From positions 217,937 through 281,936 of the forward strand of contig JAHEGU010000001.1 of NCBI GenBank assembly GCA_024644945.1: DNA of 64,000 bases. Reading direction: 5' to 3'. Of the stretch, positions 20,369-30,809 are shown one piece after another (positions within the stretch are counted from its first letter, which is position 1; the number at the start of each line of letters is the position of its first letter). The position numbers and the translations under genes are program-made. Under the pieces are notes generated by a model. It did no database searches. It was not told the DNA's origin and worked only from the letters and a program-made list of their open reading frames with translations. The stretch is from Gammaproteobacteria bacterium (GTDB lineage Bacteria; Pseudomonadota; Gammaproteobacteria; Arenicellales; Poriferihabitantaceae).

Positions 20369-21718
20369 TTGCATAACACTGACCTGATGCCCGCGCAAAA
20401 CGGGAGTAAGAAAGTATTCATACTGGATACTAATGTTCTTCTTGTCGATCCCGATGCGATTGACAATTTCGAAGATAATATTGTCGTGATTTCCATGACT
20501 GTACTGGAGGAGCTGGATGGCCTGAAAAAACGTTCTTCGACAGAGTATGAAGCGCGCCTCGCGATTCATAGAATACTCGGTCTAACTACGCGACATAAGC
20601 CAGGTGAACCGGTGTCGCTGAAATCTGGAGGGTTGTTTATTCTTGATGCCAGCGAGCTGCAAAACCGTAACGTAAAGGGATTTGACCTGACCCTGGATAA
20701 GCCAGACAACCGGCTGCTGGCGCTTGCGATCAAGTACAAGCATGCCCCTGATTTACCCAGCAGGGTTGTGATCGTGACCAACGATGCAGCGGTGAGAATG
20801 AAAGCGCATGCTCTAGGGCTGGCTTCCGAGGAATACGAAGCGGTCAACTTTCGTAGCCAGGTGGATGAACTGTATCGGGAGCCAACTGTGGTCGACCTTG
20901 AGGCGGCTCAGGTCAATAAATGGATACAGGGAAAACCGATTACGTTCCAGCATGATCACAATGAACCAGTGATCGTGCGCATAGAACAGGGAGAGCCTAT
21001 GACAGGATATTACAGCGATGGTGAACTACGTCCTTATGGTGCGCTGATCTCAACTATTATTGAGCCATTAAACACGCAGCAGGAGTTAGCGTTACAGATT
21101 CTTTACGACCAATCCAAAAAAGTCGTGGCGCTAGTTGGTCAGGCCGGCACCGGTAAGACCATTCTGGCTCTGGCGGCAGCTATCGAGCAGAAGTTACTCA
21201 GCACCTCCCCAGGAAAAGTTTATATTTTTCGGCCAAACGATCAGGTGGCAGATGATATCGGATTCCTGCCAGGCAAGATTGACGAGAAATTCAGTCCCTA
21301 TAAACGGGCAATTCGGGATGCCTACGAAGTCATTCAAAATGCCGTCAACAAGGTAAAGAAGAACAAGCGGATCCAGGATTTTGATGCGTTAACCAATGAT
21401 GAAGGCGGCGGTCGCATGCCGATACTGCCTGTCAATTTTATGCGCGGAAGCACCCTGCACAATGCTTTGATCATTATCGATGAGGCCCAGAATTTCAGCC
21501 CCCACCAGATGAAAACACTGTTGACCCGGGCAGGTCGAAATACACGAGTCATTATTACCGGCGATCCAGACCAGATTGATAACCGGTTTTTGACCAAGCG
21601 TTCGTGCGGACTGACGCACGTCATTGGTAACATGCGTGACCATGACATATTCGCTTATATTAATTTGACTCAAGGCGAACGTTCTGAGATTGCCAGCCTT
21701 GCTGCCAGAGTGCTTTGA
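20369..21718 (+). CDS. PIN domain + PhoH-like ATPase (YlaK-type)
   Basis: N-terminal PIN (VFILDTNVLLVDP...VVISMTVLEELD...IVTNDAAVRMKA) and C-terminal PhoH P-loop (VGQAGTGKT; IIIDEAQN; ITGDPDQID). Confidence 0.9.
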   Translation: MHNTDLMPAQNGSKKVFILDTNVLLVDPDAIDNFEDNIVVISMTVLEELDGLKKRSSTEYEARLAIHRILGLTTRHKPGEPVSLKSGGLFILDASELQNRNVKGFDLTLDKPDNRLLALAIKYKHAPDLPSRVVIVTNDAAVRMKAHALGLASEEYEAVNFRSQVDELYREPTVVDLEAAQVNKWIQGKPITFQHDHNEPVIVRIEQGEPMTGYYSDGELRPYGALISTIIEPLNTQQELALQILYDQSKKVVALVGQAGTGKTILALAAAIEQKLLSTSPGKVYIFRPNDQVADDIGFLPGKIDEKFSPYKRAIRDAYEVIQNAVNKVKKNKRIQDFDALTNDEGGGRMPILPVNFMRGSTLHNALIIIDEAQNFSPHQMKTLLTRAGRNTRVIITGDPDQIDNRFLTKRSCGLTHVIGNMRDHDIFAYINLTQGERSEIASLAARVL

Positions 21719-22068
21719 TTCTATTTGTGTCGAAATTTTTTGATAAACTGTAGCGGCATAGCCTGTTACATCCACAACCGGGTTTGCGCCAAGTGTCCGA
21801 TCAGGGCAACTCGTGATAGTGACTTAATGAATCCGCAAATGTCTACTCATGAGCAACTGGGTTGGCCCTTAAAAAATGGACCGCTATGAAACACGAGCTG
21901 AACATTTTAATGCTTGTGTTGCGGCGATAAGTTGAGTCGGCAACCCATTACACCCCTTTAGATACTCGCTATTGTGGTCCACAATGGCTAACAGCATAGA
22001 GTGTAACGACTACAAAGAATTGACGTGACAGCGCCAACATTCTACTGCTTTCGAGCAGCCGGTATTTG

Positions 22069-23247
22069 ATGCCTAATCGCTGGCTGATACTGTCTGTACT
22101 CACCCTGGCGCGAGTCACGATGGGTTTCCAGTTTCAGTCTCTTGCAGCCGTGGGCTCTGCATTGACTACCGAGACTGCGATCACTTATACCGCGCTGGGC
22201 GCACTCGTGGGTATTTATCTGTTGCCCGGAGCTTTCTTTGCTATTCCTAGCGGCTGGCTTGGGAAACGCTTTGGCGATAAACGGCTGGTGCTGATCGGGC
22301 TCGCGATGATGACCTGTGGGGGAGCCTTATTGGCTATGTCGCAGGTTTATGAAGTTATATTCGCCGGTCGACTGATTTCTGGTGCCGGTGCCGTTTTACT
22401 CAACGTGCTCGTTACCAAAATGGTCACTGACTGGTTCGCTGACCGTGGCATTGTTACAGTCATGGGTATCCTGATTTCGAGTTGGCCGCTGGGCATCGCC
22501 ATTGCGTTAATGACAATGGGTCCGTTGACTGAAATAGCAGGATTAGCCTGGGCATTCGCGATTCCTGTTGTCCTCTGCGCAATGGCATTGATACTGGTCG
22601 CTATAGTCTATACCAGCCCGGAGGCCATGCAGATCAACGGACGCAATGCAAAAGAAAAACCTGTCCACGGCCTGTCGCCTATCGAATTTAAAGGCGTTGT
22701 CTTGAGCGGGTGTGTTTGGTGTTTTTACAACATCGCTTTTATTTTGCCACTCAGCTTTGGGCCGGAGTTTCTGGCCACCCAAGGAATGAGTCTGGCAGCC
22801 GCCGGTGCGATTGTAAGCCTCACAAGCTGGTTGATTATTCCCGCTCTGCCGATAGGAGCCCGGTTGGCAGAACAAATAGGACACCCCGTAACCATCATGG
22901 TGGTGAGCTTCATAGCGATTGCAATCGTTATCTGGACAATTCCAATGACATCATCTTATGTTTTAATGTTTGCGAGTCTGGGATTAATATTTGGGCCCGC
23001 CGGCGGACTGATTATGGCGTTACCAGCGCAGGTGCTGCGTAGCGAGAATCGTGCTGTAGGCATGGGGATATTCTTTACCATCTACTATATCGGCATGGGC
23101 GTCATCCCAGCTGTAGCGGGCTACATCCGGGATATCAGTGGCAATCCAGCCGCGCCGTTCTGGTTTGCAGGATCTATGATTCTTGTGGCCCTGCTGTCAT
23201 TGATCGGTTTTCGTATCTTGTTGACCAGACACCTGAAGTGCTCGTAG
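22069..23247 (+). CDS. MFS transporter
   Basis: 12-TM profile with the MFS loop motif GWLGKRFGDKR. ATG at 22069; the ORF-track TTG lies 3 nt upstream. Confidence 0.85.
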   Translation: MPNRWLILSVLTLARVTMGFQFQSLAAVGSALTTETAITYTALGALVGIYLLPGAFFAIPSGWLGKRFGDKRLVLIGLAMMTCGGALLAMSQVYEVIFAGRLISGAGAVLLNVLVTKMVTDWFADRGIVTVMGILISSWPLGIAIALMTMGPLTEIAGLAWAFAIPVVLCAMALILVAIVYTSPEAMQINGRNAKEKPVHGLSPIEFKGVVLSGCVWCFYNIAFILPLSFGPEFLATQGMSLAAAGAIVSLTSWLIIPALPIGARLAEQIGHPVTIMVVSFIAIAIVIWTIPMTSSYVLMFASLGLIFGPAGGLIMALPAQVLRSENRAVGMGIFFTIYYIGMGVIPAVAGYIRDISGNPAAPFWFAGSMILVALLSLIGFRILLTRHLKCS

Positions 23248-23489
23248 TGAATTTACGCGAGTTTCTTGTAACCAGAGCAACAATGGAAACTGGGGAACTG
23301 CTTCTGGTTTGAGAGCGGTTACTCAAGGGGCTAGTTTAAAGGCGATGGATGTCCATTTCTGCTGGAACCCTTTAGTTCAACTTGGATTTTTAAATGACTG
23401 CCCAGAGCATGAGTGGCAGTGAATTAGTGAATCCTCTTAGTCATCACTCCATGCCCACATAACTAATGTGCTGCGCGATCCACTAAAAT

Positions 23490-24821
23490 GTGATAATGAC
23501 ACCCGAAACCTATTTTGCCCAGAATGATGGGGTCAATATTGCCTATCAAGCAGTTGGTGATGGCCATCGTGATCTGATTATCATACCTGGCTTGCTATCC
23601 AACCTCGACCTGTTTTGGGAAGAGCCAATGGCGGCGCGATTCTTTCTCTCGCTGTCTCGAATCTTCCGCGTGATCCTTATCGACAGACGTGGCACTGGTC
23701 TCTCGGATCGTGTACCCCCACCAACTCTTGAAGAACAAATTGACGACGTGAGCGCCGTGATGCGTGCTGTAAACTCCGAGAGCGCGACTTTATTAGGATG
23801 GTCCGAAGGAGGGTGTATGAGTGCGTTGTTCGCGGCTACCCATCCTGACCGCACAGACTCTCTAATACTGATTGGTTGTTTTGCACGCTGGATTGCTACT
23901 GATGACTATCCGTGCGGCGTGGCAAGAGAAGAAGTGGATGAATGGTTGATCGAGGCTGAAAAAGAGTGGGGTGGACCTATTGCCATCGATGTTCTTGTTC
24001 CGTCGCTCGCGGACAATGTGAAGTTCCGCCATTGGCTAGCAAAGTTTTACAGATCAAGCGCAAGTAAGTCAGATTTTATGAAACTTTTGAGGATGAACAT
24101 GGAAATTGATCTTCGAGCCGTTCTACCGACAATAAAAGTACCTACTCTCGTGTTTCAGGCAAAGGAAGATCGCACAACACCCCTTGAGGCGGGGCGTGAT
24201 CTTGCGCGCCGAATAGGTGGATCTAAGCTAGTCGAATTGGATACTTCTGATCATTTGCCTTGGGTGGGATGCCCGGACGAGATCGTCGAAGAGATACGAC
24301 GTTTTCATGGCGGAGATTCACAGTCCCACATTGCCAATCGTGTGCTGACTACTGTACTTTTTACCGATATAGTTGACTCGACGCAGCTTGCGGCGAACCT
24401 GGGTGACATTGGTTGGCGTGATCTTCTCGAAGAACATCATAAAGCAGTCAGGCGAGAGCTGGAGATTTACCGTGGTAAGGAAATTAAGACTACGGGAGAC
24501 GGATTTCATGCCACGTTTGATGGGCCGGCACGTGGAGTTCAATGTTCATTTTCCATACGTGAAGCAACACGCCAGCTCGGACTGAGCCTTCGACTGGGTC
24601 TTCATACTGGTGAATGTGAAATCAGAGACAATTCCCTGGAGGGATTGGCGATTCATATCGCGGCGCGCGTGTCGGCCAAGGCTGGTCGGGACGAAATCCT
24701 TGTCTCACGTACAGTCAAAGATCTTGTTGCTGGATCAGGGATCGTGTTTGAAGACTTTGGGTCGCATACACTAAAGGGCATTCCCGACAGTCTCCAGCTT
24801 TTCAAAGTAACCGCCGTATAG
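23490..24821 (+). CDS. alpha/beta-hydrolase domain fused to class III adenylate/guanylate cyclase domain
   Basis: N-terminal hydrolase fold (LIIIPGLLSN..., nucleophile elbow GWSEGG). C-terminal cyclase (VLFTDIVDSTQL, IKTTGDGFHATF, LGLHTGECE, IHIAARV). The domain order matches mycobacterial Rv1900c-type proteins. Confidence 0.85.
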   Translation: MIMTPETYFAQNDGVNIAYQAVGDGHRDLIIIPGLLSNLDLFWEEPMAARFFLSLSRIFRVILIDRRGTGLSDRVPPPTLEEQIDDVSAVMRAVNSESATLLGWSEGGCMSALFAATHPDRTDSLILIGCFARWIATDDYPCGVAREEVDEWLIEAEKEWGGPIAIDVLVPSLADNVKFRHWLAKFYRSSASKSDFMKLLRMNMEIDLRAVLPTIKVPTLVFQAKEDRTTPLEAGRDLARRIGGSKLVELDTSDHLPWVGCPDEIVEEIRRFHGGDSQSHIANRVLTTVLFTDIVDSTQLAANLGDIGWRDLLEEHHKAVRRELEIYRGKEIKTTGDGFHATFDGPARGVQCSFSIREATRQLGLSLRLGLHTGECEIRDNSLEGLAIHIAARVSAKAGRDEILVSRTVKDLVAGSGIVFEDFGSHTLKGIPDSLQLFKVTAV

Positions 24822-24946
24822 TGATTGTAGCCTATGCTGAACACTCGGCTGGTGAGGCTCAGGCGTTTCAGCCAGGCTGACAGGCTAGGGCAGAGATTGC
24901 CCGCAGAGGCCAATCTGCCGCTTAGAAAACAGAGTTAGCTTATACA

Positions 24947-25492
24947 GTGGTAATTGGTGATATAGACTTAACTCAACCGAGAGTAAAAACGGGGAAGAAC
25001 TCGAGCTACATAGTGATAAGAAAGTGTAACGAAGCAGATATCGATGTGATTTACGAGATCATCAACGATGCCGCACAGGCTTACTGCGGTTTGATTCCTG
25101 AAGACATGTGGCATGACCCCTATATGTCGAAGGCGACGCTTATACAAGAGCTGCAAGATGGAGTGGTATTTTGGGGTATGATTGAAAACGATAACTTGGT
25201 CGCCGTTATGGGCATGCAGGATAAATTCGACGTTGCGCTAATTCGTCATGCCTATACTAAGACGGAGCAAAGAGCCAAAGGGATCGGGTCCCGCTTACTC
25301 CAGTTTATCGAACGAGAAACTGACAAACCGGTCCTCGTGGGCACATGGGCAGTTGCAAACTGGGCAATTAGCTTTTATCAGTCAAATGGCTACAAACTGG
25401 TATCAGAACAGGAGAAAAACCAGCTACTCCGTGATTACTGGCGTATTTCTGATCGGCAAATCCAAACATCGGTGGTACTTGCTAAAAACTAG
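24947..25492 (+). CDS. GNAT family N-acetyltransferase
   Basis: Motif A QRAKGIGSRLLQFIE and C-terminal FYQSNGYKLV. 181 aa with a GTG start. Confidence 0.8.
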   Translation: MVIGDIDLTQPRVKTGKNSSYIVIRKCNEADIDVIYEIINDAAQAYCGLIPEDMWHDPYMSKATLIQELQDGVVFWGMIENDNLVAVMGMQDKFDVALIRHAYTKTEQRAKGIGSRLLQFIERETDKPVLVGTWAVANWAISFYQSNGYKLVSEQEKNQLLRDYWRISDRQIQTSVVLAKN

Positions 25493-25816
25493 ATAAAAAT
25501 ATCCACTCGATTCCGCCGTGCAGTGGGCTGGTTTCATTACCAGTTCAAATTAATCTAGCCCATATCAGAATATTTGACGCAACTTAAAGTCAATTCATTG
25601 ACGTGTTTCTATCGGATGACCTGCGGTTTTTATTGCCTATCTGTGCTGCGGGATTGGACGTCGGCATCTACTGACTTGTGCAAACCTGATTATTACCCGC
25701 TTTTTGCGACGGAGTGCGTCTTTGAGTTTCATCTAATATTGTTAAAGGTTATTGTGACCGCTTTTTCTAGATGATGTATAGGAATTATTGCCTGTTGAAA
25801 CTGTCATATCGACATT

Positions 25817-27199
25817 ATGGTAGATACATCTGAAAGACGCGTATTGGATAGAAAATCGGAAAATACGGGATTCTTTTGGCATTGGGCTTTACCTGGCAGC
25901 CGCTACGAATTTGAGGTGTTGCCGGAGCGATTGCACAATTCTATCCAGGATCAGCAAGAGCGCAGCGAAATCCTGATTAGCCTGATCCAGCTGCTTATCG
26001 TATTCATTTTTGCATTGCTCTACGCGATAGCCCCGAAAACCTTCTCCCAGGAAGCTGATTTTGCACCGGTACCCTGGGTCCTGACGGCATATTTTGTTTT
26101 CAGTCTGGTGCGTCTCGGTTTGGCTATTAACCGTAAGTTGCCGGACTGGATGTTATATCTTTCCGCGTTCGTCGATATAGCGTTATTACTCGGATTGATA
26201 TGGAGCTTTCATCTGCAATACGAGCAGCCGGCCTCATTTTATCTTAAGGCGCCGACACTGTTATATCTATTTATTTTTATCGGTATCCGTGCACTGCATT
26301 TTGATCCCCGGTTTGTGATCGCAACCGGCGTCTGCGCGGCCATCGGCTGGTTGTTGATGGTGGCATACGTGCTGTTTAACGACCCAGCCGATAATATGAT
26401 TACGAATGACTATGTCGAATATATGACCTCGAACAGTATTTTAGTTGGTGCCGAGTTCGACAAAGTCGTATCGATATTGATGGTCACGGGAGTGCTGGCG
26501 CTTGCCCTGCATCGTGCCAGAATCCTGCTGGTTGAATCAGTGATTGAGGGCAGCGCGGTGCGCGACTTGTCTCGATTTGTGCCACAGGAGGTTGCGCAGC
26601 AGGTGATCCACTCGGAGGAGGGGGCCATTACAGGCAAGGGCGAAGTGCGTGAGTGCACAATTTTATTTACAGACATTGAGGGGTTCACCTCAATCAGTGA
26701 AACCCTTCCTCCAGAAAAGTTGATCAATGCACTCAATCATTATTTCAGTTTGATCGCGGCACCAATACATAAACACGGCGGAGTGATCAGTCAGTTTCAG
26801 GGGGACGCAGTGCTTGCGACGTTTAATGTACCTAAACCGGATCAAAACCATGCGAGTCACGCGGTCAGAGCTGCGATTGAGATTCAGTCAGTTCTAGATA
26901 GAGAGGAGCTTGGCGATGGGGTGGTTTTTAAAACCCGGATTGGGATCAATACTGGATCGGTGGTGGCTGGTCTGGTTGGTTCAGGTGAGCGAGTTGGATA
27001 TACCGTGCATGGTGATAATGTGAACCTTGCGGCACGTCTTGAACACATGAATAAGAAATACGGCACACGGATTATTGTTTCAGAATACACCCTGGCTAAA
27101 ATTCCAGAGGGCATATATGCGTTCAGCGAGATCGGAGAAGTACCGGTGCGCGGCTTGAACCAGCCAATCAGGATTTATACCGTCAGATCAGATGCCTAG
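25817..27199 (+). CDS. integral-membrane class III adenylate/guanylate cyclase
   Basis: N-terminal region of about 230 aa with about 6 hydrophobic helices, then the cyclase domain: ILFTDIEGFTSISE, FQGDAVLATF, IGINTGSVVAGLVG, YTVHGDNVNLAARLE. Confidence 0.85.
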   Translation: MVDTSERRVLDRKSENTGFFWHWALPGSRYEFEVLPERLHNSIQDQQERSEILISLIQLLIVFIFALLYAIAPKTFSQEADFAPVPWVLTAYFVFSLVRLGLAINRKLPDWMLYLSAFVDIALLLGLIWSFHLQYEQPASFYLKAPTLLYLFIFIGIRALHFDPRFVIATGVCAAIGWLLMVAYVLFNDPADNMITNDYVEYMTSNSILVGAEFDKVVSILMVTGVLALALHRARILLVESVIEGSAVRDLSRFVPQEVAQQVIHSEEGAITGKGEVRECTILFTDIEGFTSISETLPPEKLINALNHYFSLIAAPIHKHGGVISQFQGDAVLATFNVPKPDQNHASHAVRAAIEIQSVLDREELGDGVVFKTRIGINTGSVVAGLVGSGERVGYTVHGDNVNLAARLEHMNKKYGTRIIVSEYTLAKIPEGIYAFSEIGEVPVRGLNQPIRIYTVRSDA

Positions 27200-27555
27200 T
27201 ACTCGCTTTGCATTTCAATCCTTAGAGCAAGGGGCGTCCGTCGGTTTCGAGAAGCGCCGCGCGGCCGATTGCTGACCTGCATTAAATTTTTCTGAATGGC
27301 AGATTTGAATTGCAGTTTCAACCGATCGGCCCAACGCATGCCTCTGCGATGCATGCTTTTTGATTTGAAAGTCTGAAATTCAGCTAAGCAGGCGCTGGAC
27401 CCCTACCCCCGGGGAGACTTCCGCACTTCCGTGTCGGTCATCTGGCAGCCGCGGATATCATAATATTGCGCTGAAAATGATTCAGATCATTTCGTTTGCT
27501 GTAATTTGAGTGTATTAGCTAATCCACAATCGGGAATATCTTGGGAGTGAGTAAT

Positions 27556-28755
27556 ATGGCTTATCGATTCAGCGGCTATCTGATGGTGGCCTGTCTCACA
27601 GCAACCTCGTTGCAGTCTGTCTTTGCAGGGGAGTTTACCGAAGCGATGACCAAGGGCAAAGCATATGGTGATTTCAACCTGCGTTATGAGTCCGTTGTTC
27701 AGGACAATGATCTCGAGGATGCCAAAGCACTCACCCTGCGGTCACGCCTTGGTTATATCACTGGTGATTACTCGGGATTGTCCGGATTGATCGAATTTGA
27801 GGACTCGCGTGTAGTTGCTGGAGTGGATGAGTACGACGATGGTCTGGGGTCAAACCCGGAGTACTCGTTGATAGCGGATCCGGAAACCACGGAGCTCGAC
27901 CAGGGCTACCTGCAATACAAGGGGTCAGGACTGCGGTCACGGCTTGGGCGACAGGTGATTACCTATGACAATCAACGATTCGTTGGTCATGTCGGATGGC
28001 GACAGGACCGACAAACCTTTGACGCGTTTGCCATATCTCATAAATTCGAACAAGGCCCCGACCTGAGCTACAGCTACATTGATAAACGCAACCGAATCTT
28101 TGCTGAAGAGAGAGATATCGATTCCAAAGATAACTTGTTCAATGTCGGGTATGAAAGTGCGATTGGCAAACTTACCGGCTATGTTTACCTTCTGGAACAG
28201 GATGATTTGTCCAAACTGAGTTTCGATACCTATGGTGTTCGATTCAGTGGTTCATCTCCAGCTGGAGAGTTGAGGGTTCACTACACTGCCGAATACGCAA
28301 CACAGGACAAGACCGAAGAGGGTATGCCGGATTTCGAAGCCGACTACTACAAATTAAAAGGCGGGCTGGAGTTCACCAATATTACTGCCAATGTGGGCTA
28401 TGAGGTTTTGGGTTCAGATAACGGCGAGTATGGATTTTCCACTCCAATAGCGACCTTGCACAAGTTTAACGGATGGGCTGATCGGTTCTTGTCAACTCCC
28501 GAAGAAGGGTTGGTGGATCTTTCAATCAACTTGACGGGTAAGCTAGCTGGCGGCAACTGGATTGTGGCATGGCACGATTTTGAGGCCGATAAGAGCAGTA
28601 TTAGTGTCAAAGATCTCGGTGATGAAATTGATATTTCCTATGTCAGGCCTTTTCATAAATATATTACAGCTGGAATCAAGTACGCTGATTATTCCGCCGG
28701 TGACATAAAAGTGGATACCGAAAAGTTCTGGCTCTGGGTGAGTGTCAGGTTCTAG
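27556..28755 (+). CDS. outer-membrane beta-barrel (porin-like) protein
   Basis: Signal peptide MAYRFSGYLMVACLTATSLQSVFA, alternating amphipathic beta-strand pattern (FNLRYE, LRSRLGY), C-terminal aromatic ...WLWVSVRF. The subfamily is unassigned. Confidence 0.7.
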   Translation: MAYRFSGYLMVACLTATSLQSVFAGEFTEAMTKGKAYGDFNLRYESVVQDNDLEDAKALTLRSRLGYITGDYSGLSGLIEFEDSRVVAGVDEYDDGLGSNPEYSLIADPETTELDQGYLQYKGSGLRSRLGRQVITYDNQRFVGHVGWRQDRQTFDAFAISHKFEQGPDLSYSYIDKRNRIFAEERDIDSKDNLFNVGYESAIGKLTGYVYLLEQDDLSKLSFDTYGVRFSGSSPAGELRVHYTAEYATQDKTEEGMPDFEADYYKLKGGLEFTNITANVGYEVLGSDNGEYGFSTPIATLHKFNGWADRFLSTPEEGLVDLSINLTGKLAGGNWIVAWHDFEADKSSISVKDLGDEIDISYVRPFHKYITAGIKYADYSAGDIKVDTEKFWLWVSVRF

Positions 28756-29281
28756 TGTGTGGAGGTAATCAAATTTGCCGGGATGCAAGGGGGGCAACCT
28801 TTTTTACCGAGGTTCGGCACTGGCAATTAGAACTCTTTAATTTCTTCAAGCTGAAGGTCAGCAACGAGAGATTCCATCGGTTGGTGCAACAATCGGCACT
28901 AAGAGTTCATGCGCGAAGTCCGCACGTCATTGGCATGGTGTTCGTCAGTCCATAACTATTCGCCGTTTCTGTCAAGTACTACTCACTGGCTTGTCTTCGG
29001 GTAGTGCTATGCAGATGTGTACGATGCGCATTCAGGTTTCTATGAATCCTGTTTTTTCATCGTAGAATCTCATCATGGGTAGAAAATTCTACTTATAAAC
29101 TCATTTAATCCCGGCGGGATTACACCAGCTTGCGTCTCTCAAGAGTGGGATAAGGAACGAAGAGCCCCTGCCCAGAACAACCGATTAAAAAAATATTTAT
29201 TAGCACGTTCTCGAGAAAGCTATTGCGGCGAAATTGCGTTTTAGTTAGAACTCCCGAGTTGTGCAATTACCCTTTTACAGA

Positions 29282-30421
29282 TCAGGACTGCCGTTCACCT
29301 TCCACGGGAATCGAAATGATATTGTGGGGCACTATCGGTATGGATAGTCCTTTTAGTAAACGAGGATCAAGCGCTTCTGATTTAATATCATTTTCGATCA
29401 AGGCAAGAACCTTTTCGGTCACTAGAACCTGACCGTTCTCGGCTTCATCACATAATCGGGAGGCAAGGTTGACCGAACTACCGTTGGCGGTGTAATCGAA
29501 ACGGCCTTCGTATCCGACCATGCCCAGGGTGGCGTAACCCACGGTTAAACCTATTCCAAAGCCGAGTTCGAATCCAAGTTTCTGCCATTGCCCGGATAAC
29601 TCGTCCATTCGATTCCGCATCGTGATTGCCAGGGTAACCGCTGTATAGGCCGGATCGTCGCAGGGCATTGGATCGTTGAATATGACCATGATTCCATCGC
29701 CAGCACGATGATCGATTGTGCCCCCCATCTGATAGATCAGTTTTCCCATTTCTTCATGATACTGTTGCAGCACTTCCATGGCTTCTTCCGGCTCAACCTC
29801 TTCGGAAAAGCGTGTGAACCCCCTCAAGTCACAAAAAAGTGTGGCAATTTTCCGACGGTGGCTATGAAGAAATTTATCCCCTCCCGATGACACCACGAGG
29901 TCCGCCACCTGGGGTGAGAGAAAACGGCGAAGCCGGCCTAGTCGCTCAAGCTCCTCCACCTGCCGGTGCACCCGTTCTTCCAAGTTCTGATTTAGGTCCT
30001 TGAGTTCCGCCGCTTGGCTATTAACTGTCTCGAAAAGTTCGTGGATGCGCAGCAGCGATCTGACCCGGGCCAGCAGTTCATGCATGTCTACCGGTTTGGT
30101 CAGGAAATCGTCGGCTCCCGCCTCAATACCCTTGACCCGGTCGTCGGTTGAATCTAGTGCAGTTACCAGAACAATAGGAAGCATAGTGTGAATTGCATCA
30201 GCACGTATATTCTTACAAACCTCAAACCCACTCATGCCAGGCATTATCACGTCCAGAAGAACAAGGTCCAGGGAAGTAGAGCTGACTAGAGCCATTGCCT
30301 CTTCGCCACTTGAAGCGGTGAACACCTGATGCCCCTTCGCTGTAAGGATATCCTCTAGCAACCTGACATTCTGGGGCAGATCATCAACCACAAGAATCCG
30401 CCCCTTCCTGTCGTTTGTCAT
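29282..30421 (-). CDS. response-regulator receiver domain fused to class III adenylate/guanylate cyclase domain
   Basis: REC (ILVVDDLPQNVRLL, DLVLLDVIMPGMSG, TKP), coiled linker, cyclase (LFCDLRGFTRFSE, AGDGIMVIF, YTANGSSVNLASRL). Confidence 0.9.
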   Translation of the reverse strand: MTNDRKGRILVVDDLPQNVRLLEDILTAKGHQVFTASSGEEAMALVSSTSLDLVLLDVIMPGMSGFEVCKNIRADAIHTMLPIVLVTALDSTDDRVKGIEAGADDFLTKPVDMHELLARVRSLLRIHELFETVNSQAAELKDLNQNLEERVHRQVEELERLGRLRRFLSPQVADLVVSSGGDKFLHSHRRKIATLFCDLRGFTRFSEEVEPEEAMEVLQQYHEEMGKLIYQMGGTIDHRAGDGIMVIFNDPMPCDDPAYTAVTLAITMRNRMDELSGQWQKLGFELGFGIGLTVGYATLGMVGYEGRFDYTANGSSVNLASRLCDEAENGQVLVTEKVLALIENDIKSEALDPRLLKGLSIPIVPHNIISIPVEGERQS

Positions 30422-30431
30422 TTATCCATCC

Positions 30432-30809
30432 TCATCCTTTAGTTAGCATCCCAGTAATGCGCTCGATAAAACTTTTTATTTCTAGAGGCTTGGGCTGGTA
30501 GTCATCGAATCCGACTTCGAGCAACTTTTTGCGGTCATGGGTCATCACCGATGCCGTGACCGCAATGACCGGAATACTTGCTGTCTTCGAATCCTGCCGT
30601 AAGACCTTGAGCGCTTCAATGCCGCTCATACCGGGAAGCTGAATATCAAGAAGTATAAGGTCCGGTATGTCTGCTATGGCAAGCTTAATTCCCTCTTCGG
30701 CGTTATCCGCCTCAACTACAGTGTAGCCATGAAATTGAAGTAGATCCCGCATCAGTTTCATGTTTTTCTCGTTATCTTCTACAATAAGAATTTTTTTTGC
30801 TTCGGCCAT
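30432..30809 (-). CDS. single-domain (CheY-like) response regulator
   Basis: ILIVEDNEKNMKLM, DLILLDIQLPGMSG, AVTA, QPKP. 125 aa. The start overlaps the upstream kinase stop by 1 nt (TAATG). Confidence 0.9.
   Translation of the reverse strand: MAEAKKILIVEDNEKNMKLMRDLLQFHGYTVVEADNAEEGIKLAIADIPDLILLDIQLPGMSGIEALKVLRQDSKTASIPVIAVTASVMTHDRKKLLEVGFDDYQPKPLEIKSFIERITGMLTKG

Noticed and set aside
23490-30421. Reading the cyclase cluster as a Pycsar/CBASS-like anti-phage system
   Set aside because: There are no adjacent effector genes (no TIR, no TM-effector with a cNMP-binding domain, no patatin or endonuclease next to a cyclase). The cyclases carry sensory or regulatory input domains typical of housekeeping signalling. 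The patatin gene at 49378 is about 19 kb away in an unrelated context.
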